Shown piece after piece: positions 13,702 through 28,349 of a stretch of DNA of 64,000 nucleotides; position 1 is the stretch's first letter, and every line of letters begins with the position of its first letter. Source of the stretch: Eledone cirrhosa (taxonomy: Eukaryota); contig OZ024748.1 in assembly GCA_964016885.1 (NCBI GenBank), forward strand, positions 58,404,001-58,468,000, given 5' to 3'. Both the position numbers and the translations under genes were made by a program. The notes below the pieces were generated by a model that saw nothing but the letters and a program-made list of their open reading frames with translations, made no database searches and was not told where the DNA came from.

Positions 13702-13881
13702 TTCAATAATCCTTGCAAAATGAATATATAAATCCAAAATAACGGGCATTAGACATTTCAAAATGTGAGAGGTTTCTCAATTCTCGTACCAGCATTTAAA
13801 ATATAAACACACTGAATCAACAACAATGCTTCCATTCCAACAATCCACCAAACCCACCTCTCTCACACACACACACATATG

Positions 13882-13932
<51 letters not shown>

Positions 13933-13935
13933 GTC

Positions 13936-13972
<37 letters not shown>

Positions 13973-14146
13973 AGAGAGAGAGAGAGAGAGGTGGGTTTGG
14001 TGGATTGTTGGAATGGAAGCATTGTTGTTGATTCAGTGTGTTTATATTTTAAATGCTGGTACGAGAATTGAGAAACCTCTCACATTTTGAAATGTCTAAT
14101 TCCCGTTATTTCGGATTTATATATTCATTTTGCAAGGATTATTGAA
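13702..14146. repeat. Near-perfect inverted repeat (~163 bp arms) around a TA-rich spacer
   Basis: 13702-13864 vs 13984-14146; two mismatches seen by eye. Confidence 0.95.
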
Positions 14147-14343
14147 AATATTGGTGGTTGTAAAAAGTAAAGTTTCCTATAGCTGGCTTTGCAGTGTAAC
14201 TGACTCTTGTATGCTTCGTTGACACGCTTGTATAAAGATATCTCTCTACTTGATCTGAGAGATTATAATCTCTCAAGCGTGTTGTCTGACGCTCTACCGA
14301 TACTGCCAATCCATCACCCTTTCAGCTACAATAATCAAATATG

Positions 14344-14389
14344 TTAAGGTTTACAATGGTCAATAATTATTGGCCATTGTAAACCTTAA
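14344..14389. repeat. 46 bp palindrome
   Basis: ttaaggtttacaatggtcaataa/ttattggccattgtaaaccttaa. Confidence 0.85.
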
Positions 14390-16468
14390 GAATATAATTA
14401 GAAGTAGGATAAACTGTTATACTTACAACGTACGATCACGCATAATAAAACTAAATATTTTATAAAATTATATAGATACAAACGTGAGATATAAGATGTG
14501 AGATAATCAAACGAATGTGAATTTGTCAAATATTGATGATAGTCTTGAATAGTACCGTATTTTAATTAACTTAGTTCCATTATTTAAAAAAATCACCGGA
14601 ACATTTACCCATCATTTATACGAGCTATAATATATGATAAACAAAGCCACAGAGGAAGGCATCCTCCCGGGTCATACAAAAGACGACTCCGTTACAATAA
14701 ACATTAAATAAAAGAGAATGTTATGAAGTGAAATAAAATATTAAAAAATAAAACATGAATGAACTTCTGCAGAAAATGTACAATTAAGGTCGTTGCGTTT
14801 ACTTGCTAGGATGAAAAGACAATATAACCTATCATTGTTTGAAGGTGACACATTTGAGATAAGCAATGTAAAATGAATTTTATAGTTCTCTATTTGATCT
14901 GATAAGAATAATTCCTGTGTAAGATGAACATTTATATTTTTATTTTATTTTCTTCAGAATACATATAAAAAGAAGTTGTCAACATTCATATCAAAAGAAT
15001 GTTTGCGAAAGGGGAGAGGATAATCAATTTTAGAATAGATATTTATAAAGTATTCTAGAAAATGAGAATCTACATTTATGTGTATGTAGGAAAATAAAAT
15101 GTTAAATATTCTAAGTGTATAGATGTGCCTGTGTCCACAGTTCTCGGTTTCCAAGTTTATGTTAAATACTATTTGATCCAAATGCAACATTCAAAAATTA
15201 TATTATATATACATCGCTGAAAATATTTATTTCACTACAATATTTAGTAGGTGATGTTTACGACATTTATGCAAAATGCTGGTGCAAGTTCATGAATATT
15301 TTATGAACAAAAATAAAATATATTTAAAGATTAAAAATAAAGATTTTCATATACAAAGACTTGCTCTCCGTTTTGATATGTTCAAGGATGCTCAAAAGAC
15401 GTCTTACGGTACACAGTACACGTTGCCAGTAACCACCAAAAATATCTAGAATTTAATAAATTTGCTTACAGTTCTAGTTATATGCGAAACATCGTTTATA
15501 AAGTAAGAAATTGTGGTTTGTGCCTTTCTAGCGTAAATATTATTGCATGCGCATGACATCCAAGATAGAAGTATATCGATTCCTCACAGGCACCTCTCTT
15601 CATTTTACCTCAAATATTATTTGCCATAATCCTTTAGAAATAAGATTTTCTGCTTTCGGAGGGAAACATGTCTAATTCCGGCTTCTTCTTTGATCACGAC
15701 AGCCGCTCTATTATTACTACTAGCTAAATCTAGAACTGTCAAAGATCAAGTGATAATTAAAGGAATTAGAAATTCTCTTGCCCCTACATTATCAAATGCG
15801 GCAAAATACCCTAGAGATGTGTCATATCAAAACGTTTTAATATATTGTCATCTTCAGAACTATAGGTATATGGTAATAATATATATTCTGACACTTGAGA
15901 AAAATTTGCTAATTATAATAAATAACGTTGAAACACAAAGAAAAAGAATTGAACATTAATCTTTCGAAGATCTTTTACTTTTAAATATATCATTGACAAT
16001 GATGAAGTATAATAGATTGGAAGGTAATAAATAACAGAGGTAGTCTTGTAATGGTGTGATGTAATATTGGCCAACACATTTCTATTCATCTCTGTTTTCT
16101 CCAATTAATCTTCCCATCAAGTTCAAAAGTGTTCCACTCATCAAAAATTTGACACAACGTTTCAAATAAAATTACGCTCTGATTCTATAGTTATAGCTTG
16201 TTGTAAGCTATTGTCATCCTACATCCCCAAATCAGATAATATATGAAGGAAACTATTGAACCGTTGTATCAGAGTGCATTGTGATACGGTGTGAATTAAA
16301 AATATTATGATAGGTGATAAAACAAATTTCGCTACAAATATCAAAGTTTTATGGAAAAGTGTTAACTCAATTTCTCCAAATATTTCAATAGAATCACATG
16401 AATATATTACTACCACAAATTATTGATATTTGGAGAAAGGACTGTGTCCACACACGCACAGCGAAACA

Positions 16469-16513
<45 letters not shown>

Positions 16514-17369
16514 CTATATATATATATATATAAAGTTTTCGCACTACAAGTGCAAATCAAACCCTTAACCTCTTACTACTACCACCTGACAAACTGCATA
16601 TACTTAGACTTTCTACCCTCTTATTGTATACAACGCCTTTAATTACCCACCAAAACCAATACCTATATCCCTCCCTTCTCCTTCATTCCTTTTCTATTTC
16701 TTTTCGCTTTCTTCCTTTCTTCTCTCTCCTTATTTTTGATGTCTTTTCTTTTCTTTTTTGCCCCCCCCCCCCTTCTTTATTTTATTTATTTATTTATTTA
16801 TTTATTATCATTTTCTTTTTATATATGTATATACATATTTATCTCTCTATCTCCCCCCCCCCTCTCCCTCTTTCTCTCTCCATCCCTCCCACTATAAACA
16901 ATTTAATTCTCTTTAACTCACTACACTCTAAAACAACGACATCATATCTACATATATCAAAACTGATAAAATATTCCTTCCACCTATACCCCTCCCTCCA
17001 TCTCAGTTTGTCACCCTACCTCCTAATTCTCCTCCCCCTTCCTCTCTCTTTATACTACTCCCTTTCCCCCTCCACTTTCTAATTACCTTTCCTCTCTCTC
17101 TATACTAGCAAATACAATTCAAAAAAATGTTTTTCTCTATATATTAAGAATTTTTTAAGAGTAACTTATTCACTATTTTGAAAATTTGGACGTGTACAAT
17201 AATTATTATTCAGTGGATGCTATTTGCAGTATAGCAATATAAGGTTACACTTACCAATGAAACAGTCGTAAATTCCCGGATAAAATCCTTTTTTTAATGC
17301 TTGCCTGTGTTTTCTCTTTTATCCTATATATATATAATGTATGTATATATTCATATGTTGATGACACCA

Positions 17370-17582
17370 GGATCCAACAAGCTGTTACAAACATGCATAG
17401 TACTCAGACATTGTGCCAATTACCCTGGAGTTCTCTGTCTTTCGTTGGTATTTAAAATTTGAAACACAATCAATTTTGTTCAGGTTCACCTTCAAACATT
17501 ATTTTTCACTTAACACGGAACTGACTGGGAACACATATTGCAGTTCATTGCTAATTTCGGGGAAGTGACATTGCAATACATT
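17370..17582 (-). pseudogene. Decayed EGF-laminin repeats
   Basis: cttcgtag|ECIAMSLPRN*, then MNCNMCSQSVPC*VKNNV* and AQCLSTMHVCNSL across frameshifts. Confidence 0.5.
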
Positions 17583-17977
17583 CTACGAAGTGTAAAGCAA
17601 CAATAACGCCTTGACTGAGTTCTCTTTGGGATCTACATTGACATGTTGGCTGGGATATTATAGAATAATCGTACCTATATAAGATTCAATGTTGTTGCAG
17701 AAACGCAGAATGAACCATTAACAATTCAGACTAAAAGCAAAAATGCTAGTTTTAAACATCTCAGTGAATGCATATCATAATGAAGATAATATTTGAAAAC
17801 AATGGAAATAAGATTTTAGTTTGTTATAAAAGATCTAAATAATGACTATTGTGCTAAGTAGGTGTTTTGGGCGAGAATCTAAAGACAAACTAAAATACAA
17901 TTATTCAAATAATATAATACCACCCATAAAAATACTGACAAAACCATATGCTGTGTATTGTGTATTTCAGATATGTT

Positions 17978-18162
17978 GGTGGATTGGCAGTATCGGTAGA
18001 GGGTCGGACGCCATGCCTTGCAGCAAAGAGTTACGGCCCTTTATGGTATGAGTTCAAATCCCGCCAAAATTAACTTTGCCTTTCATCCTTTGGGGTCGAT
18101 AAAAAAGTATCAGTGATGTACTGGATAATTGCTGGCCTTGTGCCAAAAGAGGTAAAATTATT
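17978..18162 (+). mobile_element. SINE, full length
   Basis: A-box tggcagtatcgg, B-box gagttcaaatccc, core, tail. Confidence 0.9.
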
Positions 18163-19679
18163 TCAGATATGTTTGCTCTACAGCAATTACCATTGAGCGT
18201 TTAAGCAATAAATAACTTTAGATAAAGTGAAATATGTAACTTGTTATATATCAGTATAACATTTTTTTTTTAAAGTTAATATAGAAACGTGAGGTTTCAA
18301 CGTTAGACAATATAGCCTTTGTCTTTTTCGTCATGATCGTGACCGTTATCAGGTGATTGTGATGATAGCAGCATGTCTGTCATCACGATAGACGTCTTCC
18401 TGTTGTCACTGAAATGGTTGTCTTTATTTTATGATATTTTATGTTTTTGTACAATGTGAACAACGAAAAAGAAGATAACAAGCCAATCGCAAAACTAATA
18501 TGGCTTCATGTTACCTATTAGCATTTTAAACATCGAAAAAATACCTGTCTATGTGAAAGTGAAAATATATTATCGAAAGCAGAATGCTAAGCAGTATGCC
18601 AAATACAAATTGAATGTGGGCTACATTTAAGACAGATAAATATATCATTATATAAATGATGTCGTCATATGATGCGTTATGCAATGATAAAATGCAGTTT
18701 TCATTTATAAAATCTCGTTTCCGGTAATTCACGTTTATTGCTGGCACAATTGTTAACGTTTGGTTGTCATAATTCCGCTAGAATTTGAAATCGTATGTAT
18801 TATGAGTTGGCAAGCCACCAACAAATGGAAATCGGCCACAAAGTTACGCTGCTTGCTTGCATTTATTAAAACTGACATTATGTAATATGTCCTTAACTTA
18901 ACTATCTTACAATGTTAAAGGTTAGCTAGATGCAACGTGTTCAAACATGATATAATGTCGTAATGAATTCATTGAGCTTCCAAGCGCAAGTGCATCAGTT
19001 CGATTTCAGGACCGGGTAAGCTACTTTATACCTTATTCCTCCTGTTTCCTCAGCTTTCAAAATGATATGCGACGTCACTGGCGTCACGCTGTATCGGCCG
19101 TTTATTTTGCAGAAAGCACCAAGCATATACTTGAGTCTTGGGAAGGTAGGCTCCCGGGTTAAACCCACGATTATTCATGTTAGAAATTGACTCACATTTC
19201 ATGTAATGTGACATAGTAATAAGATTAGATATTCCTCCCCCTCTATATATAACGTATTGCCCTATTTCCCTCCAATTCATCAGGAATTGTATATATAAAG
19301 TAGCACATAACTTATGGTTTCATTCAATGTTCATTGGAGAGTTTTTGTTGTCGTTTAGTTCATTCAGTTTGTTCAATGTTCTTTGTTGTATACCATTATA
19401 TTTAGTTTGCTGGAAAAAGGTATTCATAATAGAGGACTTATAATATACCATCTACGTTCGTATTTAAAGCGTTGTTACCCTTCCGTCCAATCATTTCCTG
19501 ACAAGGCGTCAATTCCAACACGTGCATTGAATTTTCCCATTTGTATAAATATTATTTCTTTAAAAATTACGATTTGGGTAAGCTCTACTTTACATTCAGG
19601 TAGAATCGATAAATATTGAATTATGATGTATTCATTACCATTAAACATGTATACATCAACAGCTATGCCAATTTCATAA

Positions 19680-19830
19680 AGTCATTTTCACAGCTTGCAT
19701 TAAATAAGTCCTTCTAGACAGATACATATCAGCAATTTCTCTTCTACAGCTTTTAAAACAGGAGAGGCATATCTCTTTAGTTAATGAGAGATTTTCACGA
19801 TATATACGGATGCAAATCCTAGGATAATTG
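19680..19830 (-). pseudogene. Decayed Cys-rich (EGF-like) exon
   Basis: YRENLSLTKEICLSCFKSCRRE, then CICLEGL and NASCEN in other frames. Confidence 0.45.
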
Positions 19831-19992
19831 ATCTGTAATGTATCCAGAGATGTCATTGTGATTTTCAGACCCACTAAAGTGGATCTGAGCAAGGTTGATC
19901 ATGCCTCAGCAAGTAACAAATAGCATACATCTCACCGAATATTGTACTTACATGATTCTTTTGTTTTTCATGATTTTTAAAGACACAACGGA

Positions 19993-20029
19993 TATATATA
20001 TATTATAGATATATATATAGATATAGATA

Positions 20030-20061
<32 letters not shown>

Positions 20062-20088
20062 TATAGATAGATATATATATTATAGATA

Positions 20089-20142
<54 letters not shown>

Positions 20143-20146
20143 ATAT

Positions 20147-20179
<33 letters not shown>

Positions 20180-20225
20180 ATATTATATATATATATATTA
20201 TATATATATTATATATATATTATAT

Positions 20226-20258
<33 letters not shown>

Positions 20259-20353
20259 ATATTATATATATATATATTATATATATATTATATTATATAT
20301 ATATATATTATATATATATTATATTATATATATATATATATTATAGATATATA

Positions 20354-20396
<43 letters not shown>

Positions 20397-20620
20397 ATAT
20401 ATATATATATTATAGATATATATATATTATATATATATTATATTATATATATATACTTATATATATATTATATTATATATATACATATATATATATTATA
20501 GATATATATATATATATTATATATATATTATATTATAGATATATATATATATATTATATATATATTATATTATATATATATATATATATTATAGATATTT
20601 ATATTATATATATATTATAT

Positions 20621-20652
<32 letters not shown>

Positions 20653-20662
20653 ATATATATAT

Positions 20663-20701
<39 letters not shown>

Positions 20702-20822
20702 ATATATATATATATATATTATAGATATAGATATATTATTTATATATTATATTATATATATATATATATATATTATAGATATATATATATATATTATAGA
20801 TATATATATATTATATATATAT

Positions 20823-20863
<41 letters not shown>

Positions 20864-20990
20864 ATATATATATATTATATATATATTATATTATATATAT
20901 ATATATTATATATATATTATATTATATATATATATATTATATATATATTATATTATATATATATATATTATATATATATATTATATTATT

Positions 20991-21026
<36 letters not shown>

Positions 21027-21622
21027 ATTATAAATATACATATATATTATAGATATATATATATATTATAGATATATATTATAGATATATATATATTATA
21101 GATATATATTATAGATATATATATATATTATAGATATATATTATAGATATATATATATATATTATAGATATATATTATAGATATATATATATATATTATA
21201 TATATATATTATAGATATATATATATATTATATATATATTATAGATATATTATAGATATATTATATATATATATTATAGATATATATATATTATAGATAT
21301 ATATATATATTATATATATATATTATAGATATATTATAGATATATTATATATATATATTATAGATATATAGATATTATAGATATATATATATATTATAGA
21401 TATATATATATATATTATAGTTATATATATATATATATTATAGATATATATATATATTATATATATATATATATTATAGATATATATATATATATATTAT
21501 AGATATATATATATTATAGATATATATATATATATTACAGATATATATATATATATTACAGATATATATATATATATTATAGATATATATATATATATTA
21601 TAGATATATTATATATATATAT
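19993..21622. repeat. 1.6 kb compound (TA)n/TTATAGA satellite
   Basis: Direct reading. Confidence 0.95.
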
Positions 21623-21916
21623 ACGATATTAACAAATGGAAACTATATTTATAAAACCATATTTATTTCATTATACATATTCAAGGACACCAAGTTAAAA
21701 TATGGTGTGCTTTCATCAGACAAAATATAATATAGAAAGCACACCATAATTAATCTTGGTGTCCTTGAAATATGTATAATGAAATAAATATGGTTTTATA
21801 AATATAGTTTCCATTTGTTAATATCGTATGTTTACTCCAAATACTTGTTGAGTGCTTTATATCAGTTATAAAATTATTTGCTTGTTGTATTCCAACAATT
21901 TAAATAGAACTTTTGC
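21621..21916. mobile_element. HHR-bearing head-to-head inverted-repeat cassette (PLE pLTR-like) with tail
   Basis: Arms 21621-21714 / 21735-21829; minus strand tattttgt-CTGATGA-aagcacacca..tggtgtcctt-GAA-tatgta-TA-atgaaata; tail tactc..gagtgct. Confidence 0.8.
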
Positions 21917-21932
21917 ATATATATATATATAC

Positions 21933-22032
<100 letters not shown>

Positions 22033-22089
22033 AATATTATATATATATATATATATACACAAATATTATATATATAATATATATATATA

Positions 22090-22181
<92 letters not shown>

Positions 22182-22540
22182 ATTTATAGATATAGTTATA
22201 TTAAATCTGTATTTCAATTTTAAATTACTAAGCATCTATTAGAATATAATTCAGTTGATTCACGCGATATGTTTGGAGGCAAACATATCAATATTACCTA
22301 TTTATTTTAATCAGATATTTTGTAGAAGTTCAGAAGTTCGGAATCTCGCACCATACATTTCCATAGATTTATTAAATATAATATCTAATACAGAAAAAAT
22401 ATATATCATTGTCTGATCATAGAAAATTAAATATATAAACTTTTGATTATTTTCTTATTCTTTATGTCTGTAGATTATTTGGTCGAAACGGCTACTGGGG
22501 TTCAATTATGCCTTATGGATAACACATCTCTCTCTCTCTC

Positions 22541-22657
<117 letters not shown>

Positions 22658-22840
22658 TTAGAGCAAACATCACGAGCGCTCTATCTCCAAATTATTTTTG
22701 AAAAGCATTAGAAATGCGCAACCGGTAAAAACTTAAAACTAAAACTGAATACTAACCAATACGAATTACTAAGTTATACTTATTCCTAATTAAACTATTT
22801 TTCACTATGAAAAATGTGTCAGTATTTTCTTTTCCTTTTA

Positions 22841-22842
<2 letters not shown>

Positions 22843-22887
<45 letters not shown>

Positions 22888-23052
22888 ATGTGTGTGTATA
22901 TGTGTATGTGTGTGTATATGTGTACGTGTGTGTATATATGTATGTGTGGGTGTGTATATATGTGTGTGTGTATATGTGTGTATGTGTGTATGTGTGTATA
23001 TATATGTGTGTGTGTAAATATGTGTGTGTGTGTGTATATATGTGTGTGTCTG

Positions 23053-23087
<35 letters not shown>

Positions 23088-23332
23088 CTGTGTATATATA
23101 TATAAATATGTATATATATATATAAATATGTATGTGTGTGTGCATATATATATATATATATATGTGAGTGTGTGTGTATGTGTGTATATATATGTGTGTG
23201 GGTGTGTGTATATATATATATGAGTGCGCGTGTGTGTGTATATATATATATGTGTATATATATGTGTGTGCGTGTAGATATATATATATATATGTGTGGG
23301 TCTGTGTATGTATGTGTGTATGTGTGTGTGTA
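22843..23332. repeat. Compound (TA)/(TG) microsatellite
   Basis: Direct reading; source of spurious ORFs. Confidence 0.95.
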
Positions 23333-23687
23333 TGAAATGTGTTATGTGTTAATAGCTGTAAACTATTTTCAAAATATATCATATATCCCAATTAATACAC
23401 TGTATAACGAAAATAAACACGGAAGAAGAGAGAAGTAATCTACATCAGAAACAGACGCATAGACACACACATATACACACACAAACACACACATATATGT
23501 CTACATTCACTCAATATCATAAACATATAATGTGTCTGTGCGCATATATTTATTTAAACACACACACACACAAACAAACACACACATATATGTCTACACA
23601 CTATCAATCTCATAAATATATAATGTGTGTGCATATATATATTCATACACACACACACACACAAACAGATACATATATATATATATA

Positions 23688-24536
23688 CTAGCAGCTGAGC
23701 CCGGTTGCACCCGGGGCCACTTTTTATTAAGTTAATAATTTGAAAAATATTATTGAAAGTTTATTATAAAGAAGCAGTTTCAGGAAAAAAAATAGAAATA
23801 TGCACTTGGGGCTGGACGGCGTACAATGAGAAGTGGAGCGACGTGAAAAGCGTTGTTTATTAACAGCGAAATAGCAATGTCGATGATATGCAATTTGAAA
23901 AATACTACTTACTGTTAGTGGTGGTTAACATGTATTAGAATTAAAATAAAAACACTCGTCCCTTCTTCGCAATTTAAGGGTTTTATTTCTTTTGATGGAA
24001 AACAGTGACCGTACTGCAGAATCGATTTCATAAAACGGTACTGTGAAAATGAAACGTACTGTAGAAGGCAACAGTTTATTAATCTGCATTTTCAAACTTG
24101 CATTTCATCGACATTGCTCTTTCGCTGTTAATAAACAACGCTTTTCACGTCGCTCCACGTCTCATTGTACGCCGTCCAGCCACAAGTGCATATTTCTATT
24201 TTTTTTCCAGAAACTGCTTCTTTATAATAAACATTCAATAATATTTTTCAAATTATTGGTACTGTATGTTAACAGCGAAAGAACGTGAAATTGTAAATAA
24301 CTCATCCAAGTATTAGAACAGGGGAAATAACTCACCGAACGCGATAGTACATAGACCGTTTGGGGGCCCTAGAGACCACGACTTCCAAGTTAGAGATTTA
24401 AAACCTCGTGTATTTGCTTCCTTGGCACTTTGTACATAGGTGTGTACATTTTCATGTCCGTCCGACCACGTCTACTACCATTTAACCGTGCACATCTGAA
24501 TTTCAACCACCACCCATTTCACAAATATATATTAGA
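23688..24536 (-). mobile_element. Non-autonomous Helitron (~850 bp)
   Basis: 5' A|TCTAATATATA; 3' hairpin CCCGG-gtgcaa-CCGGG then CTAG|T; sits in (TA)n with no TSD. Confidence 0.8.
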
Positions 24537-24599
24537 TATATATATATTCAATTCAAGATAGCTGGTTGATTGAACATCTGCTGACTATTTCTTAACAGA

Positions 24600-25002
24600 G
24601 TACAGCACTCCACGATTTTTGTTCATCCGGAGTTTTATTATAATAATAAAGAATAAGAAGAAAGACGGTTTCATTTGTACGTGCCTATTTATTTTGTTAT
24701 ACGGAATTCAAAGACGTATGGCAGGTGTATTATAGCTGTATACGTGTTCCCTTCAGACAAAAATCCAAACAGGATGTAAATATGCATTGATAAGTTACTG
24801 GTCATATGCATCGGTCGGCGAAAAGAATAACACGTATGACTGGTAACATATCAATGGATATTTACACCTCGTTTCGATTTTTATCTGAAGAGAACACATA
24901 GGGCAGTTACCATACGTCTTTTTTGAACATGTATATCAAAATAAATAGGAGTAACTTTCCTCTTTAAATCCTCTATAATTGTTGTATTATTCTTTTATAA
25001 TA
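24600..25002. mobile_element. Older HHR inverted-repeat cassette
   Basis: Arms ~24637-24808 / ~24833-25002; CTGAAGA (24885) ... GAA-catgta-TA on plus, CTGAAGG..GAAT-tccgta-TA on minus; tail actcc..ggagtgct on minus at 24604-24633. Confidence 0.7.
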
Positions 25003-25224
25003 TTTGTCGCATCAACTGATACTAACCACATCATCTTCACTCTTTAAACATGACACTATTAATGACAACACTAATATATACGTATCTTTACAATTCTTCT
25101 GTGGAATAGGTGGTTAATTATATGTCTAAACTTTGCTAGTGCTCCGATGATACCAAACGAAAGTTTGGAAGAAACGATTGTCAGCAATAACAAGTTTTGA
25201 AATTAGTTTTGATTATTCTGTAAT

Positions 25225-25333
<109 letters not shown>

Positions 25334-25433
25334 ATTGTATGTGTCTGCGCGAATGTGTGTATATATATATATATATGTGTGTGTGAGAGAGAGTGTGTTG
25401 ATGGACATAATCATCAATATTGCTAACTACTAT

Positions 25434-25612
25434 TAATAATTGTTTCTGCTTTTGGCACAAGGCCAGCAAAAACCCAGTACATTACTGGTACTTTATTTCA
25501 TCTACCCCGTAAGGATGAAAGGCAAAGTTAACCCCGGCAGGATTTAAACTCAGTCCGTAAAGGGACGTAACTCTGTGCTGCAAAGCATGGCGTCTGACTC
25601 TCTACCGATACT
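25434..25612 (-). mobile_element. SINE, near full length
   Basis: Family match. Confidence 0.85.
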
Positions 25613-25748
25613 GATATTACAGCAAAATACGAATAATAATAACTTCTAATTTAGGCAGAAGGCTAGAAATCTGATGTTGGTAGATGCTTCATAAATAGTA
25701 CTTTAATAATGGTTACTTATTTTGAGACAAGGTCATCCGATACTGCTT

Positions 25749-25851
25749 TAATAATTGTTTCTACTTTAGGCACAAGGCCAGCAGATTATCCAGTACATTA
25801 CTGGTACTTTATTTTATCGACCCCGTAAGGATGAAAGGCAAAGTTAACCTT
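25749..25851 (-). mobile_element. SINE 3' half
   Basis: Family match. Confidence 0.85.
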
Positions 25852-26689
25852 AATAATACTTTGTTATCGTCCTAGGAAGGTTGATTCTCAAGGTTTACTT
25901 CAGCGGGGTTTGATCAAATATTTCTAAGCACTCTCCGAATCTTTAATGACATGGCTAATCGTTAAATGACGGTTTCTAATTTAGACACAAAGCCAGAATG
26001 TGTTGGGTAGGGGACGACCAATTAAATTGATCCTAGTACTTGACACTTGTACTTTTGTATGGAGCCCCGGAGTTACGAACATCCAAGTTGACTTAGTTGG
26101 TATTTGAACTTATTCCAGAAACCTGTGCAACATATTACAGATTCTGCCAATCTATCACCCTAAATGTTACGGATTAAAATAAATACTACTAATATTGAGT
26201 GCTACTTCATTATTATTAATGTCACACGTATGGTGCTGTCGTTGGATATACTTAAAATAAAACCCAACTTTCCTGAACAAATGTCTATCGTATCTGGGGG
26301 GGGGGGGGCATTTAATTGTCAAGTATCATTTTCTTGTTGTGTAGGAGTCTTTTCAAAATAGATGTGATTAATCAGACCAAACCGGCAGATAAACAATATA
26401 ATCAACAACAACATATTTACCGCGAGTGTGTTATAACTAAAGAAGATAGACGTAATTAAAATAATTCTGACATTGCAACCTCGGGTTCAAAACATAATTT
26501 AAAATCATTTTTGAAAATCGTGTGAAAAAAATGACAAACAAACCGAATTACGCTTTGTGAGAATTTCTCCAATTTTAACTACTGTTCCATATTTTGTTTT
26601 ATAGACTGCGTGGTATAGTTTGTGCAGGTATTATTAGAGGTATGCAATAAAGTTTTGTCTTTCGGATACCTAAATATGGAATGATACGC

Positions 26690-27250
26690 GATGGCAACCA
26701 ACACCCACCCACCCCACAGCCCCGGCGGACAGGATGAAGAAGGCGTTCCCGCGGAGGACGGCAAGGGAGACGCGCTGGAAGAGCCACTCCAACTCGCGGG
26801 GTTCACACCTGCGGCTGGCCAGCTCAGCGTCTATGGTGGTGAGTAGGGAAGTAGCCCTCGGGCCGAGGACACCAGAAGTCTCCACTGCCAGGGGTACAAC
26901 CGCAAACCTGTCGGAGAGCGACCGGTATTTGAGGAGCTTGGCTTCCTCAGCCCGACTGGCAGCAGAACCTGGGTTAGTGGCAAACTGCACCAGGTTGCGG
27001 CTGCAGAAAGTGTCGGTGCAAGTAGCATCCCAGACGAGGGGCTTGCCACCGCGGAACGGGAAGATAGTCATGCCATCTGGCCTTTTGCCGTCCCCTCGGT
27101 CCAGCCCCACCTGCTCGAGCTGGAAAGGGAAGCCCGCAGCGTCCAAGCCATGCTTTATGACCTCGTTGAGGGCAGCATGGCGTGGAAGGCGGTCGGCACT
27201 GTGGCGACAGGAAAGCGGGTGGAGGCGAAAGAGTTCACAGTGGATCCGCA
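26690..27250 (-). mobile_element. CRE-clade LINE C-terminal endonuclease fragment
   Basis: HPLSC..RHAALN..DGKRPDG..WDAT..AEEAKLLKY..PLAVETSG..QRVSLAVLRGNA; GC-rich island. Confidence 0.8.
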
Positions 27251-27919
27251 GCGACATTGATGTGGCCGAGTTCCATATTCTAGGTGGAAACAAAGTATAT
27301 CTTAGAATAGATTATCAAATATGAATTAACAAAATAACAAACAGATTGACATTGTGTGAGAGTTTGTAAATGAATACACATGCTTATATTTTCTTCAAAC
27401 AAACATATCGTATTAATTATGTTATAGAAAGGAAATTAATATTTATCGTCTCACAGAAGAAGATAATATAAATAAATTTAAAAATATTGATATAATTTAA
27501 ATTAAAATAAGAATGTATATCTTAAGACTTATTAATATTTTTAAGCGTCGTCGTAGTACTATCTGTGTATGCGAAATGTCTTAGTGTTAGCAGTATTTGT
27601 TAAATTCTAATACACACAGACAGACGCACACACGCACGATTAAAATTCCTAGGAATTGTACAAAAGTCAACAGCAGAGATAAAGCTGTAACTACTGTCGA
27701 TTAAAATAAATTGCAGTTTGCATGTGATAAATTATTTCCTTTTAATTTATCCGTGATATGAACGAATTTCAGAAACAAATATTCGTCGGATATGCATAAA
27801 AAAGCAAGAAATAATTTTAGATTGTATTTCAAAGTGAGAAGATGTAATTAATTTACATTCTATTTACATATACTAGCGTAGTTTATTGTTAGTCAAACTT
27901 AAGTATATGTACAATTAGT

Positions 27920-28049
27920 CGGAGATTTAACAGATCGTTAGAACGTCGGATAGAATGCGGTGTTTTATTCATATCGGTTCTCTGAGTTCAAATCCCACCG
28001 AGGTCAACTTTGCCTTACATTCATTCCAGGTCGATAAGAAATGTACCAG
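27920..28049 (+). mobile_element. Diverged SINE copy
   Basis: gagttcaaatcccaccgaggtcaactttgcct..gtcgataa..gtaccag. Confidence 0.7.
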
Positions 28050-28349
28050 GGATCGATTCTTCCTCTACATCTCTTTTAAACTACTATGCGTTGTGAGAAA
28101 TTCTCGAATTATATGAACCAGCTAATATTGCATATTTTAGCGGGAGTATATATTTAAATTAATTATCAACTATATTAACAGAGTAACAAACAGTATCAGG
28201 GGGTGATTCATCCGCTATATCTCTTTCTCACTTCCAATCACTCTCTCGTTCTCTTTCTCTGGAAGAAATCTGCTGCTTTCAGGCCTGGTGAGTAGACATG
28301 GGTTACACCCTAGAATATGCCACCAGTTGTTTTGTTGACATTGGTTAAC

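Noticed and set aside
26585-27284. Short inverted motifs (ttccatatt/aatatggaa) around the CRE fragment
   Set aside because: Only 10-14 bp and AT-rich; similarity does not extend
26734-27324. 196-aa plus-strand ORF
   Set aside because: Antisense shadow of the GC-rich CRE coding frame
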